A stretch of DNA of 64,000 bases from the human T2T-CHM13v2.0 reference genome, Homo sapiens. The stretch is taken from NCBI RefSeq assembly GCF_009914755.1, contig NC_060931.1; one strand, given 5' to 3'. The position numbers and the translations under genes were made by a program. Below are positions 14,300 through 32,401 of this stretch, in pieces. Each line of letters opens with the position of its first letter. Within the stretch, counting starts at the first letter, position 1. The notes beneath the pieces were generated by a model. It saw nothing but the letters and a program-made list of their open reading frames with translations, searched no databases and was not told the DNA's origin.

Positions 14300-15190
14300 T
14301 AAAATATTTGTATTTGTCTTTGGTTTTCAGCAGTTTAATTGTAATATATCGAGATGCAATTTGTTTGTTTTTAGTTTATCCTAGTTGGAGTTCACTGAAC
14401 TTCTTCAGTGTGCAAGTTTATGTGTCTAACCAAGTTTGAAACACAAGCTTTAAGGTTTCAGTCATAATTTTCTATAATTTTTCTTCTTCACCAATCTCTT
14501 TCTTTTCTCCTTTCAAGACTCCAATCGCTTTGACATTATACTTTTTGATATTGTCCAACAGCTACATCAGGCATTTATAATTTTTAAATATATTTTTTCT
14601 GTCTGTGGATAAATTCTGTTGCTCTATCTTCAAGTTCACTGCCCTTTTCCTTTGTTATTTCCATTCTCCTATTGAGCCTATCCAATAAGGTTTTTTATTA
14701 ATATGATTATTGTTATTTTTATTATTGTTATTTCAAATTTTGTAGTTTTCAGTTCTAAAATATCCAGTTGGTTCTTTCTCATAGTTTCTATCTCTCTGCT
14801 ATGAATTTCCATACTTTCATCATTTCAAAAGTGTTCATTTTTACTGCATAGAGCATGTTTACAACAGCTGCCTCTGAGTCTCTCTTATAATTCCAACATC
14901 TGAGTCATCTTAGGGGTGGCATATGTTGATTATCAATTCCATTGAGAATTTGGCATATTTTTGGTTCCTACTATGTTGAGTAATTTTGAATGGTATCCTT
15001 AGCATATAGCCTATTCTGTTTTGAGAGTATGGGTTCTGTCACATCCTCTGCAGATGTTGACATTTTGTTTTATCAGGCAATCAACTTAGTTAAGTTTAGA
15101 CTAAAAATTCAATCTCACTTTATATAGGTGGTAATTACAATATCAGCTCAATTGTCAAAGCTTTTGCTATGCTTATTAGGTGTGCATATG
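14300..15190 (-). mobile_element. Old L1M ORF1 region (5' half of the element that continues at 20802)
   Basis: Reverse complement ends AAACTGCTGAAAACCAAAGACAAA, an L1M ORF1 motif. Confidence 0.75.
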
Positions 15191-15199
15191 AAATGTTTT

Positions 15200-17510
15200 C
15201 ATAAATAGTATTTTCATTATTTTTCAGTTCCTAATGTATTCTAATTTCTCTTTTGATTTGTTTTGATCCATCACTTATTTAAAAGTGTTTTTACCTGTTA
15301 TCACAGATATTTTGAGAAATATACAAAAGGAGAGAAAATAGAACAGAAAGCCACCATACACCTTTCTTGCAAACGTAACCACAATTACATATTACACATT
15401 AAAAATTAAAGTGATTCATTAAAATAAAGTATCCAGTTAGTGCAGAAGTAGATTTCTTAATTTATAAAGGGATTTTCTAATTATGTCTTTTTTTATTTTA
15501 CCTAATTTAGTTGAATTGTGATCAAAAAATATTTGATACAATTTCAGCCCTTAAAGTCTGTTCTGACATGCTTTGTGACTCAATAGATATAATTTTTCGG
15601 TTACTGTTTCTTGTGTACTCAAAAAATATATATTTTGATGTTTTGGGGACTATTTTTCCATCATGTTAATTACTTCAAATTTATTTAACTGTATCCTGAT
15701 ATGTTTAAATTGCTTGTTCTATCAGTTAGTGAGACAGAGAGCTAGCTTGCATTCTTTTCATCATGTGGAAGATACAATGAGAAGTCAGCATCTCAAGTCT
15801 GCAACCCGAAAGAGAACCCTCATCAGAACCCAACAATGCTGGAACCCAGATCTTGAACTTTCAGCCTCCAGAACTGTGAGAAATAAATTTCTGTCGTTGA
15901 TAAGTGAACCAGTCCATGGTATGTTGTTATAGCAGCCCAAACTGACTAAGATACTATTTTTATCATGTACGTCTATTTTAAACCTCTCCAGACATTGTTG
16001 TTGTTGTTGTTATATAAAGTTCACCATTATTTGGATCTACCACAAACACTCGTTTCATTATTACTTATTTCTTCCTGGATTTCTAAGATTCTATCATCCA
16101 GTATCACTGTCCTCTGGCTTAAAGTATTTAAGCAGAATTTATGTGTTTTCTTTAGCAAAGTAGCCCTTCTTGTGACAAATTCTCTCAGTTTTATTTGTCA
16201 AAGATGTTTTAATGTTTGAATTTCCTCATCAATGAAGATTTTCACTAGATATAAAATTTCATGTTGTTCTTATTTCTTATAGCAATTAGCGATATCATTC
16301 TATTTTCTTCTGTTTTTTTTCCTAAAAAATATCCTGGTTTTTTTTTCCTGTAAAATATCTTCTAATTATGGCTTTATTTAATAATTGTCTTTTCCTTTTC
16401 CCCACTTGAGAGATTTTCTCTTTATTATTACTTTCAGCAAGTTATACTACGGTGTGTTTTAATGTGACTTTGAATTTATTTTGTTTGGGGTCCATAGTGA
16501 CTCTTGAATCTGATATTTAATGTCTTTTACATTTTCAATTCACTATTTTTTCAAACAGTTTTTCTGCCTTATTCTCTCTTCCCTGTCCTGCAATTACAGT
16601 TGTAGCCATGCCATACTTTTTCACTATATCCACTATGCCTCTTAATCTCTTTTTACTCTATTCCTTTTGTTCATTCTTTGTTCTGTACATTTTTTTCTGA
16701 ACTATCTTCCAATTCCACTAATTGTCTTTTTAGCTCTGTCTAAATTGCTTTTAACCTTATCCACTGAGTTCCTAGTTCCATTTATTTTACCTTTCAGTTC
16801 TAGAATTTTTTTTCCTTGTATCTTATCTCAATTTATCTGTCAAAATTTTCAGTCTTGTCTTTTATTGCCTTTTGTATTAAAAATGTTTATTATAAAGTAT
16901 TTTCTGATATTTTCACTGATCTTGTAGATCTGTTTCTATTGTCTATTATTTAATTTTTCAAATCACATATCTCCTTGAGAGAAGGGATTTTTAAATTTAG
17001 GAATGTATATTTTATATGAAAAGCATACAGGAGTGTTTAAGGCCTAGGATGATGGTATATTTCTTCAGAGATAATTTATGTTTATTTTTAACAGACAGCT
17101 AGGTTAATAGGATTAGCAATCCCAGATCACCTTAATTCAACCCTGAAGGTTGAGAGGATTTTAATCTGGCTTTAGCCTTTGCAAGGGCTGGTCTATTTCT
17201 GCATCATCCTTTATGTTAAGCAAGTCACTTATTTTCTTGGCAGGCCCTAGGTTCCAGTTTTCATCCCAGAGGGATGAACAAAGGCTCATCACCAGAACAA
17301 AGGTTCTGCTAAGCTTCCCCATCTCTCATTTGTCTTTGCCTTTCCAGGAGTCAGAAAGCATCTCTGTAGATAAGCATCCCTGGGTTTCTTTATTTTCCTG
17401 GATCTTGGCTCCATATCCTTGGTGTCTCTCTGAGACCTTCAAGTAAACCTTTTTTTCTTTGTCCAGATTTTCTAATTGTTCTCATGAGACAAATTACCTA
17501 ATTACCACTA
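15200..17510 (-). mobile_element. Degraded old L1M fragments
   Basis: T-rich antisense L1 texture, e.g. AAATTCTCTCAGTTTTATTTGTC, ATCCACTGAGTT, TTTCAGTTCTAGAATTT. Confidence 0.6.
15735..15953 (+). mobile_element. MaLR LTR 3' half (MLT1A-like)
   Basis: CAGCCTCCAGAACTGTGAGAAATAAATTTCTG...TATAGCAGCCCAAACTGACTAAGA. Confidence 0.82.
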
Positions 17511-17659
17511 ACAAAAGTGGAATTCCCCCAAAATAACTTTTAGATTTAACTCAGGAAGCTTCTAAATGCATTACATGCTGATTGTATTTGATAAAAATAT
17601 TGTGCACTCACCACATTGCAGTGGGGAAAAAAGAAAATAGATCTTGCCCTTTGTGACAG

Positions 17660-18110
17660 AAATGGCCAACCTTCCTTTTCCCTTCATTTTCAGAAATTGG
17701 TTTTGTTTCAATGTGTTTTGTTTTTTTACTGGGCATATGGTCATCTAAGATATAGCCTTATTTTTCAACCTCTTTTATAGCTAGGTGTGGCAAAGTAAGG
17801 TCTGGCCAATGGGATGTACGGGCAATTTCAAGGAGCATCCTTAAAAAGAAGAGCATATCTTTCCTCATTTCTTCTGTCATATTTCTTTCTGGAATGGAGA
17901 CATGATGGCTGGATTCCAGCTCCTTATAGCCACCTTGGACCATGAGGATCTTGGCAATGGAAGCCCTGCATGACAATACAACAAAATGTGAGGGCCTGGC
18001 TCCCGGACGCTATGAATCATTATACCAATGTTGGGATATTATAGAGAAATGAAGGTCTATCTTGTTTAAGCCTCTACTTTTTTCTGTTACTTGGGGCCAA
18101 AATATCCCCA
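17660..18110 (+). mobile_element. Old MaLR LTR (MLT1I/J-like)
   Basis: GCTAGGTGTGGC...TCTGGCCAATGGGATG...GCCACCTTGGACCATGAGG...TATCTTGTTTAAGCC. Confidence 0.65.
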
Positions 18111-18332
18111 AATTGTTTATAAAGATGACACATGCATTAATTTAAAGGCTACCTAACACTTGACAACACTTGGTAAGTGCCAAATGAATGACATAAATCA
18201 TATGTAGCAGGCAGATTCCTGTAAGTTCCTTGAGGAAAACTTAGCTAGTGGATCCTATTGCCCTAGGGGGACTGAAAATCCAAGTCAGAAATGTTGATGC
18301 AGAGGGAAATTGTGATGATTTAAGCATTTTAA

Positions 18333-19937
<1,605 letters not shown>

Positions 19938-20801
19938 AACAACCTAACATCAAGTTAACAGCTTAACATCACAACCGAAAGAACTAGAGAGCCAAGAGCA
20001 AACAAATCCCAAAACTAGCAGAAGACAATAAATGACCAAAACCAGAGCTTAACTGAAGGAGACTGAGACACAGAAAAACATTCAAAAGATCAATGAATCC
20101 AGGAGCTGTTTTTTTTTGAAAAAATTAATACAACAGACCACTAGCTAGACTAATAAAAAAGAGAGAAGATTCAAATAAACACAGTCAGAAATGACAAGGG
20201 GGACATTACCACTGACCCCACAGAAATACAAACAACCATCAGAGAATATTATGAACACCTCTATGCACAGAAACTAGAAAATCTAGAAGAAATGGATAAA
20301 TTCCTGGACACATACACTATCTCATGGCTGAACCAGGAAGAACTTGAATCTCTGAACAGACCAATAATAAGCTCTGAAATTGAGGCAATAATAAGTAGCC
20401 TACCAACCAAAAATAAAAAAATCCAGGACCAGATGGATTCACACCTGAATTCCACCAGATGTACAAAAAAGAGCTGGTACCATTCCTACTGAAACTACTC
20501 CAAAAAATTGAGGAGGAGGGACACTTTTCTAACTCATTCTATGAGGCCAGTATCATCCTGACACAAAAACATGTCAGAGATACAACAAAAAAGAAAATTT
20601 CAAGCCAATATCCTTAATGAACATTGATACAAAAAACCTCAGCAAAATACTGGCAAACTGAATCCAGAAGCACATCAAAAAGCCTATCCACCACAGTCAA
20701 GTAGGCTTTATCTCTGGGATGCAAGGTTGGTTCAACATATGCAAATTAATAAATGTAGAAAACTTCATAACCTCAGCCCAAAAGCTTCTTAAGCTGATAA
20801 G
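19938..20801 (+). mobile_element. Inverted 5' portion of the same L1PA (ORF2 middle)
   Basis: [34 protein letters not shown]; opposite strand and directly abutting the previous piece. Confidence 0.92.
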
Positions 20802-23460
20802 TAAAAATCTTGAAAGCAGCTGAGGAAACAAGTGACAACTTACATATAGAGGAAGAGCAGTTTGAATGATTGTGAATTTCTCATCAGAAACTACAGAACC
20901 AAAGACTGTAGAACAACATCTTTAAAGAGCCAAAGGAAAAGACTGGCCACCTAGAATTTTATATTCAATGAAACATATATATGCTAAAAGAAGCTCTTCA
21001 GGCTGTAGAAAAGAAAAAGAAGAAAACCTGGAACTTCAAGAATAAACATGGGAAAATATAACAAACAATTTTTCTTATCTTAAGATCTTTAAAACATATA
21101 CTGTTATTGAAAGCAAAATTTTAAAAATTTCAGGGAATGTCAGTGTATGCAGATGTAATATATTTTTTAAATGTAATATAAATGGGGGAGGGTAAAAGGA
21201 CCTATATAGCTGCAATACTTCTACATTTTACTTGAAGTGGTGCAATATTAACTCTAAGTTGACTGTGTAGGGATTTAATAATCTCTAGGGCAACCAGTAA
21301 AAAATAATATAAAGAGTTATAGCAAAAAAAGAGATAGATAAGTTGAAGTAGAATACTAATATTATTTAAATGTCCCTATAGAATTCAGGAAGGGAAAGAG
21401 AGAGGAACAAAGGAGGAAATAATAACATAGTAGAAATAAATCCAAATATCTTAATGCTTACATTAAGTGTAAATGGTCTAAATATACCAATTAAAAGAGA
21501 AAGACTCTTAATTTGTATAAATAAATACTGCCCAACTACATGCTGGGTCATAATATGCCATGCAGATACTAATCAATCAAAAGAAAGCTGTAGACAAAGT
21601 AGTCTGCAGAAGAAGGTAAACCAAAAGGTAAAAGTGGGACATTACCTAATGATTAAAAGGTCAATTCATCAAGAAAACATAATAATCCTAAGTGTTTATG
21701 CACCTAACAACAGAGCTTGAAAATACATGAAGCAAATACTGATAGAAGTGAGATGTAATCTACAACTGTATTTGGAGATTTCAGTAGTTCTCTCTCAGTA
21801 ATCAATTGAAAAAGGAGAGAAAAAATCAGTAATGATCTACATGTCTGACCAACACAATCAAACAAAATGACTTAACAGCAGAATAGATATCTCAAGATAT
21901 CTCCAGCACATATTCTCAAGCACAGATGGGACATTCATCAAGATAGGCCACATTCTGGGGCATAAAGCAATCCTTAATGAATTTAAAATGAATTTAATTG
22001 AAGTCACACAAAATGTATATGCTTTGACAATGAGGGAATTTAACTAGAGATGAATAATATTAAGATTGATGAAAAAATCATCAAATATTTGGAAATTAAA
22101 CAACATACCTTTGAGTTACCTATGGACCAATAAAGAACTATCAAGATAAATTAGTAAATATTTTGAACTAAATAAAATAAAAATGAAACATGTAAAAACT
22201 TATGGGATCTAGCTAAAGCAATGACTAGAAGGAAATTTTCTAGCATTAAATGTTTATATTAGAAAAGGAGGAATAACTCTACCTAAAGAGAGAGGAGGAA
22301 GACACAAAAGAAAATGAAGAAAAAATAATAAAAATAAAAGCCTAAATCAGTAATATTGAAAACAATAAAGAAAATCAATGAAATCAAAAGCTTATACTTT
22401 GAAAAGGTCACTAAAATTAGTAAACCTCTAGCAATACTGGCCCATAAATAGTGAGGGAAGACACAAGTTACCATTATCAGAACTAAATAAAGGAATATCA
22501 CTACAGGCCCTACATAAGTTAAAAGTAAAATAAGGGGTTACTATGAACAAGTTATACCCATGAATTTGATAATTAAGATTAAATTACTGAATCTCATTCA
22601 GGAAAACAAAGATAATCTGAATAACTCTATATCACTAAGGAAATTGAACCTGTAGTTAATTTTCCAACAAAGAAAACTCAGGCTCAGATGATTATACTAG
22701 GAAATTATACCACATATTCAAAGAAAAAAATACCAACTCTACACATTCTTTTCCTGAAAATAGAAAAAGGAAAGAAAACCCTTCTAAATTCATTTTGTAA
22801 GGCCAGCATTCTCTTGATGCCAAAACCAGAAAAAGACAAGAAAATAAAACTATAGACCATATACCTCATGAATAGAGGGGCAAATATCCTCAGCAAAATA
22901 TCAGTAAATTGAATCTATATTTTAAAAGGGAGATGCATGGAAGCCAAGTTAGTTTTATCTCAGGAATATGAGGTTTATTCAAGTTGAAAACCAAACAATG
23001 TCATGTATCATATTGTATTATAATCAAACATAGGAGTGCTACAAATGGTGTAACATACCATATTACAGATGAAAAAGAAAAACCATATGACCAATAGATG
23101 CTGAAATGCTTTTGATAAAAATCAACATGCACTCATGATATGTGTCCATTTGTACTTTCCAATTTAACATTGTACTGGAAGTCCCTGTAAGTGCAAAAAG
23201 GAATAAAGATAAATAAAAGACATACAGATCGGACAGGAAAAAAACCTGGCACTACTTCCAGTAATCATAATGGTCTAGATAGAAAATACCATGGAATTTA
23301 TAAAAGAAGCTACTAGAAATGATAAAAGAGATTAACATAATAGTTTAGGTATAATGGACACATTACTGGAAACGTGCAACTAAGCAAATACAACCCAAGG
23401 AGAAATAGAAAGCCTGAGTAGCCCTAGGGTCCCTAAAGAAATTTAATCTGTAATTAAAAA
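20802..23460 (+). mobile_element. Old L1M: ORF1 end, spacer, decayed ORF2
   Basis: Endonuclease remnant LTLSVNGLNIPIKR...GHYLMIKRSIHQENIIILSVYAPNNRA. Confidence 0.88.
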
Positions 23461-23717
23461 CGGGAGGTGAACATGCTGGAGTTGTTAGGGAGAGCTCTTT
23501 AGATCAACACAAGTGGAAGGAGAGGAGAAGGAGCAGGGTTGGGCAGAGAAGGAAGCAACTTGGAGGTTATGTTACCTACCAAGAAAGTATGTTCTAGTTA
23601 TACATTCGGGGACCTAGGAGGTGATGAACAAATGGCCTCTGCATCAGTGGACTCACTGTGACCTGGACCTGAGCCAAAGTTCTATTAGCTGCTTAGCCTC
23701 AAAGTGCTCCCATTTTA

Positions 23718-24157
<440 letters not shown>

Positions 24158-24170
24158 TCACCTGCATAAG

Positions 24171-24315
24171 GGAAGGACTGGGGGAGTCAGCGCCATGTGC
24201 ACCCACCATCGTGGGTCAGGAAGAACTGAAGAGCATCAGCGCCATGTGGACTCACCATCGAGGGTCAGGAAGGACTGGGGAGTCAGCGCCATGGGCATTC
24301 GCCATCGTGGGTCAA
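24171..24315. repeat. Tandem repeat, ~49 bp x3
   Basis: GGAAGGACTGGGGAGTCAGCGCCATG...CCATCGTGGGTCA three times. Confidence 0.88.
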
Positions 24316-24757
24316 GCTCCTTCCTCTTGTGGACCTGGCGACTCCTTCAAATCGTCCCCTCACTGGCGTGAGTCTGGAAACTGGGCGAGTCCCTGAGTTG
24401 TGCTGGGGTGACCATGACCTGTTTCATTATCGTCCTTATTTTCATTGCATACACTGCATAGTGCCTCTTTTCACTGCCTGTCTGTTTTGCATCCAGCGAC
24501 ACTGTTCTGTTAACCCTCTGTGGATCAGGTTCCCTCAAGGCCACTCCAGCCTTGTCACAGATGAAGATAACTGCATCCACCAGGCTGCTGAAGGCGAAGT
24601 GCAGCCATCTAGTCTGTATTGTTCAGGGTCCTTTTGCCCCACAGCTGTCAGAAAGCCTCCCTCGGTGATGGACTCTGCTGCTGGCAGCCCAGCCTGCACG
24701 TGCACGGGGAGCCACTGTTTCTCCTGCCACCCGTACATTCCCCTGGGGCTTCCCACG

Positions 24758-25084
24758 TGCGATGGCCCGGATGTCTGCGTCTTCCCCAGATTCACAGATT
24801 GAAGCCCTAATCCCCAGTGTAAATGATATTTGGGGGTGGAGCTTTTCGGAGGTAATTAGGTTCAGATGAGCCCGTAATCGTAAGGCCCCCAGGATGAGAT
24901 TAGCACACTTACAAGAAGAGGAGGAGACCAGTGTTCTTTCTCTCTCCCTCCTTCTGCCACGGGGAGAAGGCACCCACAGCAGACACCAGAGCTGCTGGCC
25001 ACCAGAACTATGAGAAATAAATGTTTGTTGTTGAGGCCACCGAGTCCATGGTGCCTGTGACAGCAGCCTTAGCTGATGGAGATG
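24758..25084 (+). mobile_element. MaLR LTR (MLT1A/MST-like)
   Basis: GAAGCCCTAATCCCCAGTG...GGTAATTAGGTTCAGATGAG...CCAGAACTATGAGAAATAAATGTTTGTTG. Confidence 0.8.
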
Positions 25085-25790
25085 CTGGGGGTCACAGTGT
25101 TCCAGCTGCTTGTCTGCCTCAGCCCACTTCCCTGAGCCTGTGAACCCCCTAACGTCGGCACCCTCCAGGGAAGCTCTGGCACAATTTCCACCTCACTTGC
25201 TGCAGAGCTTCACGCTTCACTCATAGGGGACAGCCTAGTACGGTTTCCCCATTGCCTGGGGTCCTCTCCTATATTCCACGAGAGTGCTTCCAAGCTGACA
25301 AATTCTCCTCATCTGTGGGCCTGGCTTTGACACAACAAACCCAGTGAGGTTGAGGGTTTGCCCTTCTTGGGAGCTGCAGCTTTTGAGATCCAGTCCTGAG
25401 ATGGGTCATGATTTCCACCTATAGGAGATGAGAGCTGTTTTTTGTTTTTTAAATTGAGAGCCCTTTTCATGCTCCTGGGAGCCCTCTAGGGTTTACACTC
25501 AGCTTTTAGTTGCTGAGTAATCACTTCCTTCTTCAAAGGGTTCATCGAAGTTGATAGCAGCCATGAGATTCTGGGCCCTGCTAATTATTATTTCCCGATA
25601 TTTCTTAAATGTCTTTTATATCACACCTGCTGGTCTGTGATCCCCGCTGACCTCTGGTCCAAGTTTTGATGCTGGTGTGGCTCCTTGTGCCAGGGCCAGT
25701 CGCTGCTTCACCTTGCAGTAGGCACCTGTCTCTGGTGGCAGGTGACTGAGCTCCAAGATGACATCCCAGTATCTGTTCTGTTTTACCACT
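25085..25790 (-). mobile_element. Probable ERVL internal remnant adjoining the LTR16-like element
   Basis: Abuts the LTR; similarity recalled only loosely. Confidence 0.35.
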
Positions 25791-25794
25791 GCTG

Positions 25795-26185
25795 GTGTGG
25801 GCTTCACAGACTTGGCTCCCAGGAAGACAATGACATGGAAAGGATTATGCTGGAGGTTCATTTAGGAGTGCACCTGTGGGAGGGAAGGAAGCAGGGTTGG
25901 GCAAAGGAAGAATCTGCCTGGAATGCAGTCTCAACAGAGGCCTCAGCTGACCTATAGAAGCTCTGAAGCTGCAATGATCCTCCCAAGTGGTCCTTAATGT
26001 GGGCCTTTCGCTCCCACCTGGAGTGGTCAGTGGACGTAGGGAGCCCGGGAAAAAGGGTGTGGCCTTGGGTAAGACAGTGTCTTCCTGCCAGGCAATCCCC
26101 CAGGGGACCTGGCAGTTGCAGGCCCTCTGCCGACCATGCTTCCAGCAGCTGCAAGAACCCAGGGAGGTCTCAGTGGATCATGACG
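25795..26185 (-). mobile_element. ERVL LTR (LTR16-like)
   Basis: CACCTGTGGGAGGGAAGGAAGCAGGGTTGGGCA...ATGCAGTCTCAACAGAGGCCTCAGCTGACC...GGCCTTGGGTAAGACAG. Confidence 0.7.
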
Positions 26186-26721
26186 GGATCTGCAGCACGG
26201 GCTAACAAGCCAGGCCCCAGAGACACACACTGTTCCCTTCCCTTCCACGAAGTTCAGAGCCAGGCGTAGCTAGACTACTGCAGCACGAGTGTTGGGTGGG
26301 TGGGCACAGGTTCTGCCTGGCAAACGTCACATGCTTTTACCAAGGTGGTGACCATGTGAGTGAGTGCCTTGTGTTTACACTTTGGGTATTTTCTTATTTG
26401 TGTTAAACTTCAAAAAATGTGAAAACATTCGAAAGAAGACAGTGTCTCCTGGGATCTGGGCAGCAGGCTGGGTCTGAACTCTCGCTTACCTCTTGTGGAT
26501 GTTAACACAGCCTGGAATTTCCTGGTTTGTTAGTCAAGGAATACTTTACCCAGGTGCAATCCATCTGCTTTCATTTTTTTAGTCAGTAAATTGGACTCCT
26601 TTCTTTTTGTCTGCTTGAAATGACTAAAGCAATGTGTGTGTTGTTTTTAGAATGGAAGGCTTTGCATAACGGACACTAACATTATTTCTTTCCAATCATA
26701 TTGCAAGTTGCCTGCATGTTG

Positions 26722-27318
26722 TGTAAACCAAAGAGTGCCTGATACGGGTCTCAATCAGCTTAGAGGTTTATTTTGCCGAGGTTGAGGATGTACTCAGGAG
26801 AAAGAGACAGACTGCAGTAGGACCTGTGGCCCATACTTTTTCCAAAGAGGGTTTTGAGGGCCTCAATACCTAAAGGAGAAAAGCAGGCAGGAGGGGAAGG
26901 AGGAAAGGAAAAAAAGATTTTTTTCTGTAGAAAAAAATCAGACAAGAAGTTGCATTCTTTTGAGGCTTTGATTAGTGCTCAGTGAATCCACAAGCTGCAG
27001 GTGAAAGGAGGGGAGAGGAACAGCGGAGTATGTGGCTGTCTCTCACTCAGTGAATCTGCACTTTGCACGAGATGAAGTACACACAGAGTGGAGGAAGAAG
27101 TCGAACAGGCATTCATCTCAGGGTGGGTGGTGGGACAATTTATTGTCCTGCACTCACAAAGATAAGGTGTTAATTTACACTGTCAGGGTGAGAGAGGCCA
27201 CCTGGGGAGGTCCCTGTTTAACAGAAGGAAAGGGAGTTGTTTGTGGCTCAGTTTCCAAGCTCAACTTTCCCTTTTGGCATAGTGAGTTTGGGATCTGAGA
27301 TTTTATTTTCCTTTTGCA
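26722..27318 (-). mobile_element. MER4-family (ERV1) solo LTR
   Basis: TG..CA termini, perfect 4-bp TSD GTTG; reverse start TGCAAAAGGAAAATAAAATCTCAGATCCCAAACTCACTATGCC. Confidence 0.87.
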
Positions 27319-27689
27319 GTTGCAATGTACTTATTATCAAAGTTAGGGCATCCATCTACTCCAGAGTAATTTTGCTTTTAGGAAGAATCAAAATAATGCC
27401 TCATATCTGATATTTTGAAAAGCTCTTCACAGCAAGAAGGAATTTTGCTGATTTTGGAGCAAGAGCAGTGAGAGCAGGATGATCCCAAGTCCTACCCTGT
27501 TTTAGTCACTCCAAGAAAAGGTTTCTCACGGAAGAGGAATGAGTCTGTGTCAACTGTTCCCAAGACATCCTGTAGGAGCCCAGAAGGCCAGGAGCCCAGA
27601 AGGCCCTGGACATTTTGGGAGCACCCATTCTAAGGAAGTGGGCACTTTCACCAAGTAAACAGAAAGAGGTCGGGAGGAGCTCTCTACGA

Positions 27690-29240
<1,551 letters not shown>

Positions 29241-30606
29241 AAACAGGAAATGACCATGTGTTGAAACCAGAAGCAGCTGAGCTGAGAAAATCTTATCAGA
29301 AAGTGAGAAAATAGCGCGACAAACAGCCACAAGAAGAGGGCTCATCTGTGTGAGTACAAACGTGGCCTGCTCCATCGTTTTGCTGAACCAGCCTTGACAA
29401 GGGCACTTTACTCTGGTTAAATTCCAGAGAAGCAATTTTTCTAAAACAACTTTGTCTCCTCTTTGGGGATCAAAGGCAGAATGTGCCATTTTCTACCTCC
29501 TAGCGAGGGGATACATTTGAAATCCTCCAAGAGCTTAAGAGTTTGCATCTTGGCCACTTTCCCAGCATATGTGCTTTAAAGAGACCAGAAAATGGTGTTT
29601 TCAAAATACTTCCTGGAATCTTTTATAAGGTAATAAATCAGCAGGAAAGGTCACCCGGCCTGCTCCTTCTTACCACTTCTGTAATAAACATAAGTTTCCA
29701 TTAATATTAAATATTTCTTATGACAATTTTAGTCTAAACATATTATCAATTATCTTAGAAATGAACTATGTCACTAATAAAAATCATCATCATATTAATT
29801 TTCTATTTGGCTTTCAAATTTATAAAACCTTTATCATCTCATTTGATAAAATCCTGTGATAGTTTCATTACAACACAAATTGCATGTTGTAATCATCTTG
29901 CTTAGTTTCTGTCACTTTTTAAAACCTGATTTGTCTGTCACCATGCTGGAATGTCAGTGCCTCTGTGGCATCACCTGTCTCTCTTGCCACCGCCTGGCTC
30001 AGGCCTGGCACGTGCTCAGTGAGTTTGCAAGACTGAAGGGCACCCCTGCCTCCATGTCAAATCCCAGGGGTCCCTCACGGCGCTGCATGTGGGAAGATGG
30101 AGGCTGAGCCCCAGTTTGCATGCCATGGTGCTGGCCCTCGCGTATGAAATACACCAGTGATTATAAAGGTTAGTGAAAAATCTAATTATGAAATTGTACA
30201 TAAACTACGATTAACTCTTTTTGTATATAGAAGAGGATACAAGGAAATATATCTAAATTGCTATGTTCACTATGCTCAGTGATAAGATTAAAGATTAAAG
30301 GTACATATTTTTCCCCTTTGATTTTCAACATTTTCTCAAACGTGCTTCTATTACTTTTACAAATTATCATAATCAGAGACGTAATACCCTGAGTCACCTG
30401 TTGTGTTTACTAAGACAACAAAGTACTTTGGGGTTTCTTTGCTCCTTGCAGACAGGGTGGTGGAACTGAGGGAGACTGCAGCCAGCCCAGTCGTGCCCAC
30501 CCGGGCTTGCCACAGAGTTCATGGGCCTTGGGGGCTTCGTGCATTCTGCTCCCTGCTTAGAAACAGCCTCCCCCAGGCCTTCCCCGCTCCTTAGCGTGGC
30601 TGACTT

Positions 30607-30744
30607 CCTCTGGTCCTTTACGGCTCAGCTCACCCGACTCCTCCCAGGAAAAGCTCCCCAGTCAGAGGTTCCTCCCTCTGGTCCTTTAGGGCTCAGCTCA
30701 CCAGACTCCTCCCAGGAAAAGCTCCCCAGTTAGAGGCTCCTCCC
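30607..30744. repeat. 68-bp tandem duplication within an L2-like remnant
   Basis: CCTCTGGTCCTTTA.GGCTCAGCTCACC.GACTCCTCCCAGGAAAAGCTCCCCAG at 30607 and 30675. Confidence 0.92.
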
Positions 30745-32401
30745 ACGTGCTTTTATTTAGCTCCCTCAGCAGCTACTATGCGTCTTCATGACCTGTTTAC
30801 CTCGTTCCCCAGGGAAGTCACAGGCTCCCTGAAGACAGGAGCCGTGTTTTGGTCACGGCCTCCTCGCACTGGCCTGCAGGAGAAGCTCCAGGGATACGTG
30901 AACGGATAGATGAGTGAGAGGCTTTGGGTGCCCTGAGCTCGAGTTTGTGTTTTAAGGCAAGTCATATCACTTATCAGTCATATCACTGCAGAATGAGAAT
31001 GCTAAATTTCTCTTGTTCTTACATCCTGTATTTGCACAGCACTTTCACGTTATCACGTGTGACAGAAGGAAGACAGCCTCAGCCTCCCGGCTCAGCCACT
31101 GGGTCTAGTCCATTGGGCACAAATACAAACCTGCAAGGTGTGTGTGGCTCGGAGAGGGGCCCCTCAATGTCAGCAACAAGGGGGGATTTCAGAAGGTTCC
31201 AGTCTCCTTCTTACCTCTCTTCTCTACTTCTTACCTTCCTTCCTTTATTTATTCCTCTTTTCCTTCCTTTTTCAAATATTTTGAGCTCCTGCTGTTTCTA
31301 TGCCAGAGAAGGAGGCAGGCCCCAGCGAGACCGAGAGAGCTGAGGGCCCGCTGGCCTGGAGGCCTCCGGAAGGCAGCTCCTTCACCACTTTTGATCCCCC
31401 TAAAATGTCAACAGACTTTAACCACTGATTATTTGTCATTTAGACCCAAGTGCTAATGAATCTGTCCCTGGTGAAGTTCAGGATGGGCCCCCGGGAGGAC
31501 CTCGGGCCTGGGGGAGCTGGTGTGTGGGGTTCTTCCCAAGCATGGCTGAGCATGGAGACGGTGGCCATAGCTGAGAGCAGGACGCTCCCCACCCTTCTTT
31601 CCTCACCTTCTAACTGGAAGAGGGGTTCAAGCCCTGCTTGGTGAGGGACTTAAGAAGGTGGACAGAGGCTGCCTCAGCAGGCGTGGGTCTCTCCTCTCTC
31701 CACACCTGTGCACCAAGTGGCTCGGCTTCTGTCTGATTCACACAGTGCGTGTCTGTGGGCAGTTTTGTGTGAAAACACATCTGCTGCATAAGAAACGGTG
31801 GGTGTGGGTAAAAACTGCTGCCAAGGGAGCCACAGAGTGGAGGCCATAGAGCATCTACTGTGTTTCTCTTCAGTTTCACATGAGGCACATGTCACATGCA
31901 CACACGTGCACACATAACACACTCACACGTGTGTGCAGAAATCTCACACACAGGACATTCCCCCCACCAATGCCATCCCGAACCCACTGAAGTGCTGGAG
32001 AGAAGGAGCCACCAACCCTTTCCAGGTGAGTTCCAGGAGTGAAGAGGACTCAAGGCTGCTCAGAGCCTGGTTAGAGCCACGGACAGAGAACGGAAGCCTC
32101 GAGTGAGCCGTTAGAGGCAGCAGCCTCCCACTGTCCCCCAAGTGCGGGGTCCAAGCTCTGCCTCAGTGACCAGGCAGAGCCTCGCCTGGGTCCTGCAGGA
32201 CTCACACGGTGAGTGGATGCTGCTGCCACTGCCGTCCGCACCTCCACTGGTGGTGTTTCAGGACCAGCTTGTCAACTGTAACAGAAACATATATAAAACC
32301 AGAATCCATTTCTCTTCTTGAGAAATAATTTAAGATTAATTATAATTTTACAGAATGCATAGTTAGTATAACTGCTGATGAGGGACTGAAGGCATCACAT
32401 C